From positions 12,375 through 76,374 of the forward strand of contig JAKISF010000005.1 in NCBI GenBank assembly GCA_021648725.1: DNA of 64,000 bases, in the 5' to 3' direction. A program made the position numbers and the translations under genes. Every line of letters begins with the position of its first letter. Within the stretch, counting starts at the first letter, position 1. Source of the stretch: Bacteroidales bacterium. Lineage in GTDB: Bacteria > Bacteroidota > Bacteroidia > Bacteroidales > JAADGE01. Positions 34,797 to 44,600 of this stretch are shown here, in pieces. The notes below the pieces were generated by a model. The model made no database searches. It saw only the letters and a program-made list of their open reading frames with translations, and had not been told where the DNA came from.

Positions 34797-35903
34797 ATGG
34801 GAAATACCTATAAAACACAGGCGGAGAAATACGAATACATATCAAAACAACACGGTGGCTATTATCGGCATAATTTTACCGACCATGCCTATTTATACAA
34901 TCTCTATTTCCCGCCTAAAGCGGTATTTGCCCACCTTAAAGACAACATTCAGAACTTAGTGTTGAATTACCCCATGGCACAAGATGCACTTGCCGAACTA
35001 ATTGGTGAAATAATACAGCAGCCCACTGAAAGAATTGTTGTTGGAAATGGTGCTGCTGAAATTATAAAAATATTATCCGGTCATTTAGCAAAAAAAATAA
35101 TAGTTCCGGTACCTTCATTTAATGAATATGCAAATGTGGCACCTAAAGGGTGTGTAGTCGAATTTCCGCTTGAGTTTCCATCCTTTCAGCTGGATGTAGA
35201 TAAGTTTGCTGCGGAAGCTATTAAAGCTAAAGCTGACATGGCTGTTGTGGTAACACCCAATAACCCTACATCGATGTTAGTGCCGAAAGCCGATTTAATT
35301 CGACTTGCAAAGAAACTGGAAATGCATAATTGCATGCTGATTATTGATGAATCTTTTCTTGATTTTACTGACAACAAAGAACAGATAAGTCTGGAACAAG
35401 ATATTGATAAATACGCCAATATGGCTATTCTTAAAAGCATGAGTAAAGCTTATGGAATTTGCGGACTAAGGATTGGATATTTGTTAACGGCTAACCTGGA
35501 ATTTGCAACTGCAGTTCGAAATGGCATTCATATTTGGAATATCAATGGATTTGCCGAAGAGTTTCTGCGTATTTTGCCACGTTATAAACATGAATTTGAA
35601 GCCAGTTGCGAACGGGTTAAATCAGACCGAGATATTTTTTATAAAAAGCTGTCGGATATTGAAGGGATGACCGTTTTTAAACCCGATGCAAACTATATTT
35701 TTTGTCGTTTGCCCGATACTGCTTTAAGTGGACCGGAAGTAACAAAACGCCTTTTTATTGAATACAATATTTATATAAAAGATAGTGCTGGAAAAACTCA
35801 ACCTGATGCAACCCGATATATTCGAATCGCAAGTCGCACCAATGAGGAAAACAGTAAGCTTATTGAAGCATTGAAAAATGTAATGTATTTAAAGACCGAA
35901 TAA
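34797..35903 (+). CDS. Class I/II PLP-dependent aminotransferase/decarboxylase, HisC/CobD-like
   Basis: 368 aa with NPNNPT-like TPNNPTS, IIDESF and the PLP-lysine block KSMSKAYGICGLRIGY. These are characteristic of histidinol-phosphate aminotransferase and threonine-phosphate decarboxylase relatives. Confidence 0.7.
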   Translation: MGNTYKTQAEKYEYISKQHGGYYRHNFTDHAYLYNLYFPPKAVFAHLKDNIQNLVLNYPMAQDALAELIGEIIQQPTERIVVGNGAAEIIKILSGHLAKKIIVPVPSFNEYANVAPKGCVVEFPLEFPSFQLDVDKFAAEAIKAKADMAVVVTPNNPTSMLVPKADLIRLAKKLEMHNCMLIIDESFLDFTDNKEQISLEQDIDKYANMAILKSMSKAYGICGLRIGYLLTANLEFATAVRNGIHIWNINGFAEEFLRILPRYKHEFEASCERVKSDRDIFYKKLSDIEGMTVFKPDANYIFCRLPDTALSGPEVTKRLFIEYNIYIKDSAGKTQPDATRYIRIASRTNEENSKLIEALKNVMYLKTE

Positions 35904-35904
35904 G

Positions 35905-36561
35905 ATGAATGACAAACAGCAGCCGGGCATGCTTACTTTTGCCAAAGATTTACCTAATATTTGTTCTTTACTTGGATTATTGAGTGCTGTATTAGGAATA
36001 TTTTTTGCAATAAAAGGAAATTTTCCGGCAGCAATAATTGGAGTACTTTGGGCAGTCCTGTTCGATTGGTACGACGGAATTATTGCCCGAAAATTGAAAG
36101 GCAGGACAAAAATACAAGGTGTTTTTGGAGCTCAACTTGATTCAATGATTGATATTGTGAGTTTTGGAGTTTTACCTGCAATAATACTTTTAAGTTACGG
36201 AAATTACAGTATATGGTTTATGCCCGGAGCTTTTGTAATTATTGCTACAAGCACTATACGTTTGAGTTACTTTAATATTTATGGTCTTATCGACAGTAAA
36301 ACATATAAAGGACTGGCACTTGATAATAATGTGCTTATTCTTGCTTTCCTGTTTCTATTTGAAAGTTTATTCGAGCATTCTACTTTCTCAGTAGTTATTT
36401 ATATCCTTTTAATGATTCTGTCAGCATTAAACTTAACTTCAATTCCAACTCCAAAATTTGGCGGAAAATGGATTTATGTGCTGGTTTTTTATGTAATTAC
36501 ACTGACATTTGTTTTTGGTTGGATTCTGTATAATAAAGTGTCTTATACTGAAATAGGTTGA
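35905..36561 (+). CDS. CDP-alcohol phosphatidyltransferase family protein (PssA-like size)
   Basis: 218-aa polytopic ORF. DWYDGIIARKLKGRTKIQGVFGAQLDSMIDIVSFGVLPA carries the D-x2-DG-x2-AR...G-x3-D-x3-D signature, with a slightly longer spacer than I remember for PssA. Confidence 0.75.
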   Translation: MNDKQQPGMLTFAKDLPNICSLLGLLSAVLGIFFAIKGNFPAAIIGVLWAVLFDWYDGIIARKLKGRTKIQGVFGAQLDSMIDIVSFGVLPAIILLSYGNYSIWFMPGAFVIIATSTIRLSYFNIYGLIDSKTYKGLALDNNVLILAFLFLFESLFEHSTFSVVIYILLMILSALNLTSIPTPKFGGKWIYVLVFYVITLTFVFGWILYNKVSYTEIG

Positions 36562-36759
36562 CTCTTTTTTAAGTTTATTTGTTAATAATTCTCCCCGAAA
36601 AGTTATTTCCGAATTGATTTTTTTAATTTTTAATTATTTGAAAAACGATTCATAAAAACTTTTCTCTTTTCATCTTTCAAGTTTGCAAGATACTATTTTT
36701 TTGTATTTAGTTTCTTCTTTTTGTAAGATTTGTATTTAACGTTCGGATTTATGTGAATA

Positions 36760-37131
36760 TCAGCAGGTTTTCCCATATTCAAGCTTAAATGCTAAGTCTG
36801 CTTCTGTATCTGTTAATCCTGCTGTTGCATCTAATAGTAATTTTTGCAAGTCTTCATTTATGGCATTCCCTTTTCCCAAAACAACTCTTAAACGCTTTTC
36901 TAAATCTGATTTATCTGGCAAAGGCATATTAATTACCGTAACATATTTTTCAAGTTCTACGGGAAGTTTAAAAAATGGTGGAAGCAATAAAATATGTTTG
37001 TTTAATACTTTAAAATACTGAGTTGATTTACGAAGTTGAACAACAAACTTTTCATCACTAAATTGTTTGTGAGCATCTTCAATAATAAATATTTCTTTAT
37101 TGTCTCGCTGGGCGTATTCTATGACTTCGAC
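36760..37131 (-). pseudogene. 5'-truncated AAA+ ATPase remnant
   Basis: The frame is open for 124 codons and bounded upstream by a TAG at 37132-37134. My translation is VEVIEYAQRDNKEIFIIEDAHKQF...LLLPPFFKLPVELEKYVTVINMPLPDKSDLEKRL...GLTDTEADLAFKLEYGKTC. It has a Walker-B-like FIIED and an AAA lid-like part but no Walker A. The track shows only 36760..36987. Confidence 0.55.
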
Positions 37132-37185
37132 CTAAAAATACAATAGTTTTCAACTATTAAAAGTACATTAGTATTTTCTGTTTAA

Positions 37186-37323
37186 GTCCGTGATATTTTA
37201 CAAGATATTTCGTATATTTACGACCCCCACGGCAACACAACAAAAATGCCACACCTCCAAGAACTAAAATACGACTACGCCGACCAAGTAAACGAAGTTA
37301 CATTAGATGCAGGTCCAACGTAG
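37186..37323 (+). pseudogene. Rhs/YD-repeat protein fragment
   Basis: A 45-codon open frame lies between a TAA (37183-37185) and a TAG (37321-37323). It reads VRDILQDISYIYDPHGNTTKMPHLQELKYDYADQVNEVTLDAGPT. This contains two YD-type repeats (Y-x-YD-x-x-GN, YDY-x-DQ). Local GC is about 45%. Confidence 0.55.
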
Positions 37324-37570
37324 GACAACATAACAACAAAGCCGTTCGGAATAGCGTCTTCATAACTTCGGTAATAAACACAGCAGCTTGCATATTTACA
37401 CGAAGAATTTATAGAGATATTATTATTGACAGTCAATATTAAAAGTATCATAAAATATTGTTTTTGACATCTTAATTAAAGCTTATCGGTAATAATTATT
37501 AAAACTTTGTTTTTTAAATTTCAATATAATTGTTATAATTGTTTTATCATAAATCTGAAAAAAAGAAATT

Positions 37571-38740
37571 ATGATTATTAAAGAAGTTACAGATAATAAA
37601 ACAATCAAGCAATTTCATCAAGTTCCGAGAATTATTTATAAAAATGATTCAAACTATATTCCGCATATAGAAAATGATATCGAAAAGAAATTCCAGAAGA
37701 AAACTAACAGCTTTTATAACGGAAATAATGCAAAACGCTGGATTCTGAAAGATGATAAAAATAATTTAACAGGAAGAATTGCCGCTTGGGTTCATCCTAA
37801 ATATTCAAAAAGATATAAACAACCCACCGGAGGTGTCGGATACTTTGAATGTGTTAATAATCAGGAGGTTGCAAACCTTTTGTTTGATACGGCTAAAAGC
37901 TGGTTAGAGGAACAGGGAATGCAAGCAACGGACGGACCCATTAATTTTGGTGAACGTGACCAATTTTGGGGTTTATTGGTTAAAAATTTTATTGCACCCA
38001 ATACTTATGCAATGAATTATAATCCGGAGTATTACGTTTCGCTTTTTGAAACTTACGGTTTTCAAGTTTATTACAACCAATTAATGTATCATCGTTTATT
38101 GAGCGACCCCGCACAAGATGTTTTTATAATAAAATCAAAAGAACTTGTAAAAGACCCGAACTTTGAATGTCGAAACATAAGAGGTGTTAAATTAGAAGTT
38201 GTTGCACAAAATTTTGTTGATGTTTATAACGACGGTTGGGGACATACACGAAAAAACTTTAAAAAGCTGGAATTACCCTTTGCAGTAAAGATGTTAAAAT
38301 CAATAAAGCCGGTTATTGACCCCGATATTATGATTTTTGCTTTTTATGATAACAGACCTGTGGGAATGTTTATAAACCTTCCGGAGCTTAATCAAATCTT
38401 CAAATATTTGAACGGAAAAATGAATTTATTCGGGAAATTGAAATTTTTGTTATATAAAAAAATAAAACCGCCCACAACAATGTATGGTTTAGTTTTTGGT
38501 GTTGCTCACGATTTTCACGGTAAAGGTGTTGAGGGTGCAATGATAAAATTTGCAGAAGAAAATGTTGTTCCTTTAAACCGATATGAAGATTTAATTTATA
38601 CTTGGATAGGTGATTTTAATCCGAAAATGATTAAAGTTTGTGAAAACTCGGGAGGAAAACAATACAGAACTTTTTCAACCTATCGTTATTTATTTGACAG
38701 AAACAAATCTTTTGAAAGAGCAACTCTTGATGAATCTTAA
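37571..38740 (+). CDS. Conserved hypothetical protein (possibly GNAT-like acyltransferase fold)
   Basis: 389-aa soluble ORF. I have only a weak recollection of similar Bacteroidota proteins annotated as N-acetyltransferase-like, and I could not point to a clean catalytic motif. Confidence 0.3.
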   Translation: MIIKEVTDNKTIKQFHQVPRIIYKNDSNYIPHIENDIEKKFQKKTNSFYNGNNAKRWILKDDKNNLTGRIAAWVHPKYSKRYKQPTGGVGYFECVNNQEVANLLFDTAKSWLEEQGMQATDGPINFGERDQFWGLLVKNFIAPNTYAMNYNPEYYVSLFETYGFQVYYNQLMYHRLLSDPAQDVFIIKSKELVKDPNFECRNIRGVKLEVVAQNFVDVYNDGWGHTRKNFKKLELPFAVKMLKSIKPVIDPDIMIFAFYDNRPVGMFINLPELNQIFKYLNGKMNLFGKLKFLLYKKIKPPTTMYGLVFGVAHDFHGKGVEGAMIKFAEENVVPLNRYEDLIYTWIGDFNPKMIKVCENSGGKQYRTFSTYRYLFDRNKSFERATLDES

Positions 38741-38752
38741 AGTTTAAATTAT

Positions 38753-39892
38753 ATGATACTTTTAATTGTTTTTTACATCTTTTTCCCTGCGGTTATTTTG
38801 TTTTTAACACAGAAGTTTTCTGCAATGAACAAAATCGGGTCTGTTTTAATTGCTTATTTCTTTGGTCTTGTTTTAGGAAATTCGGGTTTAATGCCTGAAG
38901 ATGTAAAAAGCATACAAGAACCTTTTTCGGAAGTTTCGGTTTTATTGGCAATTCCGCTTTTATTGTTTTCAACAAATGTAAGGCAATGGTTAAAAGTTGC
39001 GGGAAAAACTATGTTTTCAGGATTATTGGTAGGTATTGCAGTTATTATTACCGTAGTTTCAGGTTATTTTATTTTTATGGGTGATGTTGGAAACGGCTGG
39101 CAAGTATCAGGTTTATTAACAGGTGTTTATACAGGCGGAACTCCAAATATGGCAGCTATAAAAACTGCTTTAAATGTTGATTCTGATTTGTTTATAGTAA
39201 CACATACTTACGATATGTTGGTATGCACAATTTTTATAATACTTGCATTATCTGTGTTTCAACGTTTCGGTTTATTGTTTCTTCCGAAATACAAAATCGG
39301 CAACGAAACAGATGCAAAAAAGCAAGAAGAATTAGTTGCCGAATTAGAAACCTATGATGATTTGTTAACTAAAAAGAATATTCCGAACATATTAAAAGGA
39401 GTTGGTTTATCGGTACTGATTGTTGCTGCGGGTGCAGGTTTAAGTATGGTTGTGCCGAAAGATTTTTCTACCGTTGTTGCTATTTTAACAATTACAAGTT
39501 TGGGAATTGCTTTGGCATTAGTTCCGAGAATTAATAAGATACCTAAAACTTTTCATGTGGGTATTTATTTTATTTTAATATTCAGTTTAGTAGTTGCCTC
39601 AATGGGTGATTTAACAGCAATCGGTAATATTTCTGCTGAAATCTTTTTTTATGTTGTTTATGTAGTATTCGGAATAACAATTCTAAATTTTATATTTTCT
39701 GCAATTTTCAGAATTGATGCTGATACAACAATAATTACAATGACATCACTTATCTTTTCTCCCCCTTTTGTTCCTGTTGTTGCAGCAAAGTTAAAGAATA
39801 AAGATATTATTATTTCAGGTTTAACGGTAGGAATTATAGGATATGCCGTAGGCAATTATCTTGGAATATTGATTGCTTATGCTTTAAAATAA
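38753..39892 (+). CDS. Polytopic membrane protein, DUF819-like
   Basis: 379 aa with about 10 predicted TM helices in two halves separated by a charged loop (ETDAKKQEELVAELE). YTGGTPNMAA resembles the DUF819 conserved loop as I remember it. Confidence 0.4.
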   Translation: MILLIVFYIFFPAVILFLTQKFSAMNKIGSVLIAYFFGLVLGNSGLMPEDVKSIQEPFSEVSVLLAIPLLLFSTNVRQWLKVAGKTMFSGLLVGIAVIITVVSGYFIFMGDVGNGWQVSGLLTGVYTGGTPNMAAIKTALNVDSDLFIVTHTYDMLVCTIFIILALSVFQRFGLLFLPKYKIGNETDAKKQEELVAELETYDDLLTKKNIPNILKGVGLSVLIVAAGAGLSMVVPKDFSTVVAILTITSLGIALALVPRINKIPKTFHVGIYFILIFSLVVASMGDLTAIGNISAEIFFYVVYVVFGITILNFIFSAIFRIDADTTIITMTSLIFSPPFVPVVAAKLKNKDIIISGLTVGIIGYAVGNYLGILIAYALK

Positions 39893-39918
39893 AAAAAGCT
39901 GCCCTTTTTAGACAGCTT
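39891..39918 (-). terminator. Weak rho-independent terminator for the minus-strand OMP gene
   Basis: AAAGCTG (39894-39900) pairs with CAGCTTT (39912-39918). A T-run follows on the minus strand only. Confidence 0.35.
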
Positions 39919-39939
39919 TAAAAAGTTTATTCTTTTATA

Positions 39940-40467
39940 TTAGAACCTGTAACCGATAGAAATTCTTGTTAAAAAGTTTAAAGGGAATACATCTGTATCA
40001 AATGTATATGTCGGGTCATCATACTCAAAACCTCCGGCAAAGTTTTTACCTGCCCCAAAACCTATATCAGCTAAAAAACCGCCGTCAGCAACCCATTTAT
40101 ATCCCAATGCCAGACCAACACCTATTGCAGTATATTTATAACTGTATGAACCTGTTCCAAATATATCAACAGTAGAACCGCCATAGTTTGTATAGTTAAA
40201 ATAAGGGGCAGTATAGAACTTATCTCCGCCTTTATCGGGGCTAAAATAATACTTAAAAAGCACTTTTGAGTTTAATCCGCTGGTATTATCTCCAAATCTG
40301 TATCCTATAGCAACTTCGGCTCCTATATTGTCAGAAACAATATATTCGGCAGAAATAGGAATACTTCCGAATAAAGCACTAATCGGATTAATTTTTACTT
40401 CAAACTGGGAAAATCCCATAGTAGCAAGCATCATAAATGCTCCTAAAATCATTAATTTCTTTTTCAT
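39940..40467 (-). CDS. Small outer-membrane beta-barrel protein
   Basis: 175 aa with a signal peptide, an alternating beta-strand pattern and the C-terminus SIGYRF. Confidence 0.55.
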   Translation of the reverse strand: MKKKLMILGAFMMLATMGFSQFEVKINPISALFGSIPISAEYIVSDNIGAEVAIGYRFGDNTSGLNSKVLFKYYFSPDKGGDKFYTAPYFNYTNYGGSTVDIFGTGSYSYKYTAIGVGLALGYKWVADGGFLADIGFGAGKNFAGGFEYDDPTYTFDTDVFPLNFLTRISIGYRF

Positions 40468-40516
40468 GATGGTTTATTTCTTTAGTTTATAAAATATTTA
40501 GAATGCTAAGTTAGAA

Positions 40517-41527
40517 TTATTTAATTATTTCAAGCAATTTCTTCATTAAACTGTATATTGAGAAACATGAAATATCTTTTTTATCTGAATTTATTACCCA
40601 TTGTTTCTTTTTTGTTATGTTAATCGTTATTTTATTTAAGGTATTGTCAATAAAAAATCCTTTTCGGTTTAGTGCATTTATTGTTAGCTTATTAATAGTT
40701 TCTGAGCTTGAATTATTTATAAGCTTTATCGGATATTTGTTTTGAAACTTAACAGAGAATTCCACTTTATTTTTATCAAAATAAACATTGCCGGTACTAA
40801 AAAGATTATTAAAAACATTTTGTAAAATTAAATCTTCAGGTGCTCCTTCGTATATTGTTTTGTCTTTTATTAACCAAACTTTATCGGCATGTTTTAAGGC
40901 AATGTTTAAATCATGCGTTGAAAAAATAATTGTTTTGTTTTGTTTTGCAGCAGTTTCTGAAAGTATATTATAAACTGTATATTTATTTTCAATATCAAGA
41001 AATGCAGTAGGTTCATCCAACAATATAATATCTGTGTTTTGTGCTAATGCTCTTGCAATCATTACTTTTTGCCTTTCTCCGTCGCTTATTTCACTAATAT
41101 TTTTTTCTGCTAAATGTAAAATGCCGGTTATAGAGAGAGCCTCTTGTATTATGTTAATATCATTTTCTGATTGCTTTTTTGAAAAAGATTGATGCGGAAA
41201 CCTTCCTAATTTTACCAAATCAAATACTTTTAAAAAACGGGTATTAATAATTTCTGAAGTAACTATTGATAACTTCTTTGCAGACTCAATTGCCGAATAA
41301 TTTTCAATGAGTTTACCCTTAATTTTTATTTGCCCCGAAAGTAATTTATGAGAGCCTGCAATTGTATGTAATAATGTGCTTTTACCCGAACCGTTAACGC
41401 CTATTAGTGCAATGTTTTCTCCTTTATGTGCAGATAAATTTATGTCGGAAAGTAATATGTTTGATGTTTTTCCGGAAGTATATCCTATTACGGCATCAGT
41501 AATTTTTATTTCCCTTTCTCTGTTCAT
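40517..41527 (-). CDS. ABC transporter ATP-binding protein (FepC/BtuD-like) with extra C-terminal domain
   Basis: 336 aa with Walker A GVNGSGKST, signature LSDGERQKV, Walker B IILLDEP and an H-loop STHD. About 85 extra C-terminal residues have no motif I recognise. Confidence 0.75.
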   Translation of the reverse strand: MNREREIKITDAVIGYTSGKTSNILLSDINLSAHKGENIALIGVNGSGKSTLLHTIAGSHKLLSGQIKIKGKLIENYSAIESAKKLSIVTSEIINTRFLKVFDLVKLGRFPHQSFSKKQSENDINIIQEALSITGILHLAEKNISEISDGERQKVMIARALAQNTDIILLDEPTAFLDIENKYTVYNILSETAAKQNKTIIFSTHDLNIALKHADKVWLIKDKTIYEGAPEDLILQNVFNNLFSTGNVYFDKNKVEFSVKFQNKYPIKLINNSSSETINKLTINALNRKGFFIDNTLNKITINITKKKQWVINSDKKDISCFSIYSLMKKLLEIIK

Positions 41528-41585
41528 TTTTAAATTGAATTTTTATGTAATTGTTTAAAAATTATAATGATCTCACAATAATTAT

Positions 41586-41593
41586 TAAATTTG
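41586..41593 (+). promoter_or_regulatory. Candidate -7 box (TAnnTTTG)
   Basis: TAAATTTG lies about 38 nt upstream of the TTG start at 41632. Confidence 0.3.
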
Positions 41594-41631
41594 TACATTC
41601 TCAAATAATAAGCTAATTAAACAGTTTTAGA

Positions 41632-44600
41632 TTGAAAATTATCGTTAAATATAAATTTATTTTAATTCTACTATTCTTCTTTTCCGCAAAAGTTGTTGAT
41701 GCACAGTTTTATAACGGGCATCAAATGACTTTCGGTAAAAACAGAGTTCAATATTTGAATAAGTATTGGCGTTATCACAGATACGATAAATTTGATACAT
41801 ATTTTTATAAAAACGGCGACAGTTTAAGCATGCAAATTGCCGGAATTGCAGAAGTTAAAATTCCGGATATTGAAAACTTTTTCGGTTACGGTATTCAAAA
41901 GAGGTTAATTTTTTTATGTTATAAAAGTTTGTCGGATTTTAGGGAAAGTAATGTCGGTTATGACTCGGGAAATGAAAATTCAAATATAGGAGGTGTTACA
42001 AAAATAATTGATAATAAAGTTTTTATTTATTATGAAGGAGATAAAAAGAACCTTGAAAAACAAATTGTTGAAGGTATAACAAAAGTGTTGATTAATGACA
42101 TGCTTTACAGCGGAAGTTATACAAAGAAATTTACAAATTCCACATTAATTGAACTTCCTGAATGGTACGAAGAAGGCTTAATAAGTTATTTAAGTGAAGA
42201 ATGGAGTTTTGAAATTGAGAACAGAATAAAAGACGGTTTTCGTTCAAAGAAGTTTAAAAAAATAAACCGATTAATAGGCGAAGATGCAAAATTTGCCGGA
42301 CATTCTTTTTGGTATTTCATAGGAGAAGCATACGGAAAAGATGTTATTCCGAGCATTATTTATCTTACCCGAATTAATAAAAATTCTGATTTGGGTTTTA
42401 AGTATGTTCTCGGGCTTTCAATAAAAGAACTTTCTCCTGTTTGGAAAAATTTTTATGCAGAAAGGTTTGACAGTTTCACGGAAGAAACAATATTGCCGGA
42501 TAAGTCAACAGATATTTTAAAAGGAAAGAAAAACACAGTTTACCAAAGAGTAAAAATAAGTCCTGACAACAAGTATATCTCTTATGTTGCAAATCAATCA
42601 GGGAAGTTCAAAATTTACCTTTACGATAAAAAAACAGGCAAGCAAAAAACTGTTATAAAAAAAGGTCATAAATTAGACCAAATTACAGATTATTCTTACC
42701 CTGTTCTTGCATGGCATCCTTCCGGTAAATTGTTGTCTTTTTTTATTGAAGAGCAAGGTCGTTTGCGGATGTATATGTATAATGTTGAGGATAATGAATT
42801 AAAAAGAAGAAATATAATGTACTTTGATAAAATACTTTCAGCCGATTATTCGGATGACGGGTTTTTAATAGTATTTTCTGCCGTAAAAGATGCACAAACA
42901 GATATTTACATCTATAATGTTTCAGCTTCAAATTTTGATAGAATTACAAATGACAACTATGTTTATTTAAATCCGGAGTTTGTTGATAAATCAAGAAAGA
43001 TAATTTTTTCTTCCGACAGGGATAATATTTTTGAAAATAATGATTATTACAGCCCGAAAGATTTATTTATTTATGATATTAAAAAAAATGAGTTTTTCAG
43101 GTTAACAAATACTCCGTATTTTAACGATACACATCCTATTGAGGTAAAAGAAAACAAATATTCAAGCTTAACTGATAAAACAGGAATTATAGGAAGACAA
43201 ATTATAGAATATGACAGTACCGTAAGTTATATCGATACGGCAATACATTATCGTTACTTTACAAACGACTATCTAACAACTGATTACACGTCAAATATTG
43301 AAAGTTATGATATAAATAAAAAAGATAAATCTTCCGCAGAATTGATTTTTAACAGAAACCGATTTCATATTTATAACGATATTTTCAGTTATCAAGAAAA
43401 AGAGAATGTAGCGAAAACGTATTTCAGAAAAATATTTACGGAAAAAGTAAAATATAAAGACAGCATCAATAAAATAGAGAAAGAAAATGAAAGAATTCAG
43501 CAATTAAGATTAGACAGTCTAAGAAATAATCCGCCTTCAAATTTATTACATCCTGACAGCATTCCCGTTGATATTAATAATTATGTTTTTGAAACCGAAA
43601 GAAACATAGAATACTATAAATTAAATCCTATTATTGATACTGCGCTTGAAACTAATGAGGATTCTTCCGAATTTTTACCTACATATAATTATCTTACAAA
43701 CTTCTATACAAATCATATTGTCCAACAAGTAGATTTCGGTTTACTGAACAGTTCATACCAAGCATTTACCGGAAGTGCTTTTTATTTTGTGCCGGGGGTA
43801 AATATTTTTACCAAAATAGGGATTTATGATTTATTTGAAGATTACAGAGTTACCGGCGGTGTTAGGCTTGGTGCAAATTTAGACAGCTATGAATATTTGT
43901 TCAGTCTTGAAAATTTAAAATACAAAATTGACAGGCAATATATTTATCATCGTCAAACATATACCAATAAGCTCACAAACAGCTACGGTTACTATTACTT
44001 ATGGAAGATGTATTCAAATGAGGGGATGTATATTTTAAAATATCCTTTCAGTCAAGTAGCATCGGTAAAAGCAACATTAAGTTTAAGACACGACAGGGTA
44101 GTTTTTTTATCTACTGATATGGCAACTTTGGCTGAGCCTTCACAATATCAATTTTTTTCAGGTGCTAAGTTAGAATACAATTATGATGATGTTAAAAGTT
44201 TAGGCACAAATTTATATGACGGAACTCGCTTTAAAATATTTACCGAATTTTATCAAGAAGTAGATCAGAATTATACAAACTTATTGGTTTTAGGTGCTGA
44301 TTTCAGGTTCTATAAAAAAATCCACAGAAATTTAATTTTCGCAGGACGTGCTGCAGGAAGTGCATCTTTCGGAAAAAGCAGATTATTATATTATCTCGGA
44401 GGTGTTGATAATTGGTATGTTATTAACCCTAACAAAATGCAGTTTGATAATTCTGTTGATATTAATGAAGAACAACAATATGTTTATCAGGCAGTTGCTA
44501 CAAATATGAGAGGTTTTATTCAAAATGCACGAAACGGAACAAACTTCGCAGTTATTAATAATGAAATTAGGTTTCCGATAGTAAGATATTTAGCAAACAG

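Noticed and set aside
34777-34959. 60-aa ORF overlapping the start of the aminotransferase gene
   Set aside because: It is out of frame with, and nested in, a well-supported PLP-enzyme CDS and has no features of its own.
36760-37131. AAA+ ATPase as part of an intact defence or toxin system
   Set aside because: The frame lacks Walker A and a start codon and is bounded by a stop. No intact nuclease, toxin or partner gene is adjacent. It is a remnant only.
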